From Candidatus Marinacidobacterales bacterium (GTDB lineage Bacteria; Acidobacteriota; Vicinamibacteria; Marinacidobacterales; DATDRI01): 64,000 nt of DNA. The position numbers and the translations under genes were made by a program. Positions within the stretch are counted from its first letter, which is position 1; the number at the start of each line of letters is the position of its first letter. Positions 63,755-64,000 of the stretch are shown one piece after another. Below the pieces are notes generated by a model. That model ran no database searches. It saw only the letters and a list, made by a program, of their open reading frames with translations, and was not told the origin of the DNA. Location of the stretch: positions 1,760,001 through 1,824,000 of the forward strand of contig OZ244742.1 in assembly GCA_965219415.1 (NCBI GenBank), given 5' to 3'.

Positions 63755-63763
63755 ATTGAGGCA

Positions 63764-64000
63764 CTAATTTTCCGCTAGCGCTCCGCCGCTACCGTGCGGA
63801 ACTCCTGCCCAAGCTTGGTTCACACCCACCGTGAACTCCACCAAACGACGCTCGAGATCCGGTCCGTATTCATCGAGTGTGGCGAGCAACGCCTTACGAA
63901 GCTGAGAATCGTGGGGCGAGGCCACCGCCTTGGGATGTCCTCGCCCGAGCTGGACTCCCACATCGTAGACGATCTCCGCCAGTTCCTCGGGGCTCGCGAG
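63764..64000 (-). CDS. 3' end of a hypothetical protein (possibly DUF2252-like), partial
   Basis: Frame open to the window edge: ELAEIVYDVGVQLGRGHPK. Confidence 0.4.
   Translation of the reverse strand, partial: LASPEELAEIVYDVGVQLGRGHPKAVASPHDSQLRKALLATLDEYGPDLERRLVEFTVGVNQAWAGVPHGSGGALAEN

Noticed and set aside
1-64000. CRISPR array, tRNA or rRNA genes
   Set aside because: No regularly spaced direct repeats, cloverleaf or rRNA signatures seen by eye

Overview
GC-rich bacterial chromosomal window. The gene complement (Ser/Thr kinase-TPR proteins, ECF-FecR-TonB module, DinB/DUF1572, WTxPSH sulfatase) suggests Acidobacteriota; this is inference only. Intact genes include etfA (3' end), a DegQ protease, fumC, a PLP decarboxylase, S8 and S9 peptidases, a TAXI-TRAP transporter, rlpA, DAGK, PfkB and a dynamin-like GTPase. 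They are interleaved with many broken genes: frameshifts, one nonsense codon, in-frame internal deletions and head-to-tail fusions. Three insertion sequences have both ends and target-site duplications (IS3, IS256, ISL3); there are also two truncated IS256s and three HNH-endonuclease remnants. Region 17.7-24.9 kb is a patchwork of fragments that includes phage-like genes. The best candidate for an undescribed system is an intact, tightly packed operon at 13115-16518: GT2 glycosyltransferase, nucleoside phosphorylase-like protein, spore-photoproduct-lyase-like radical SAM enzyme and SDR. No rRNA, tRNA or CRISPR array was seen.
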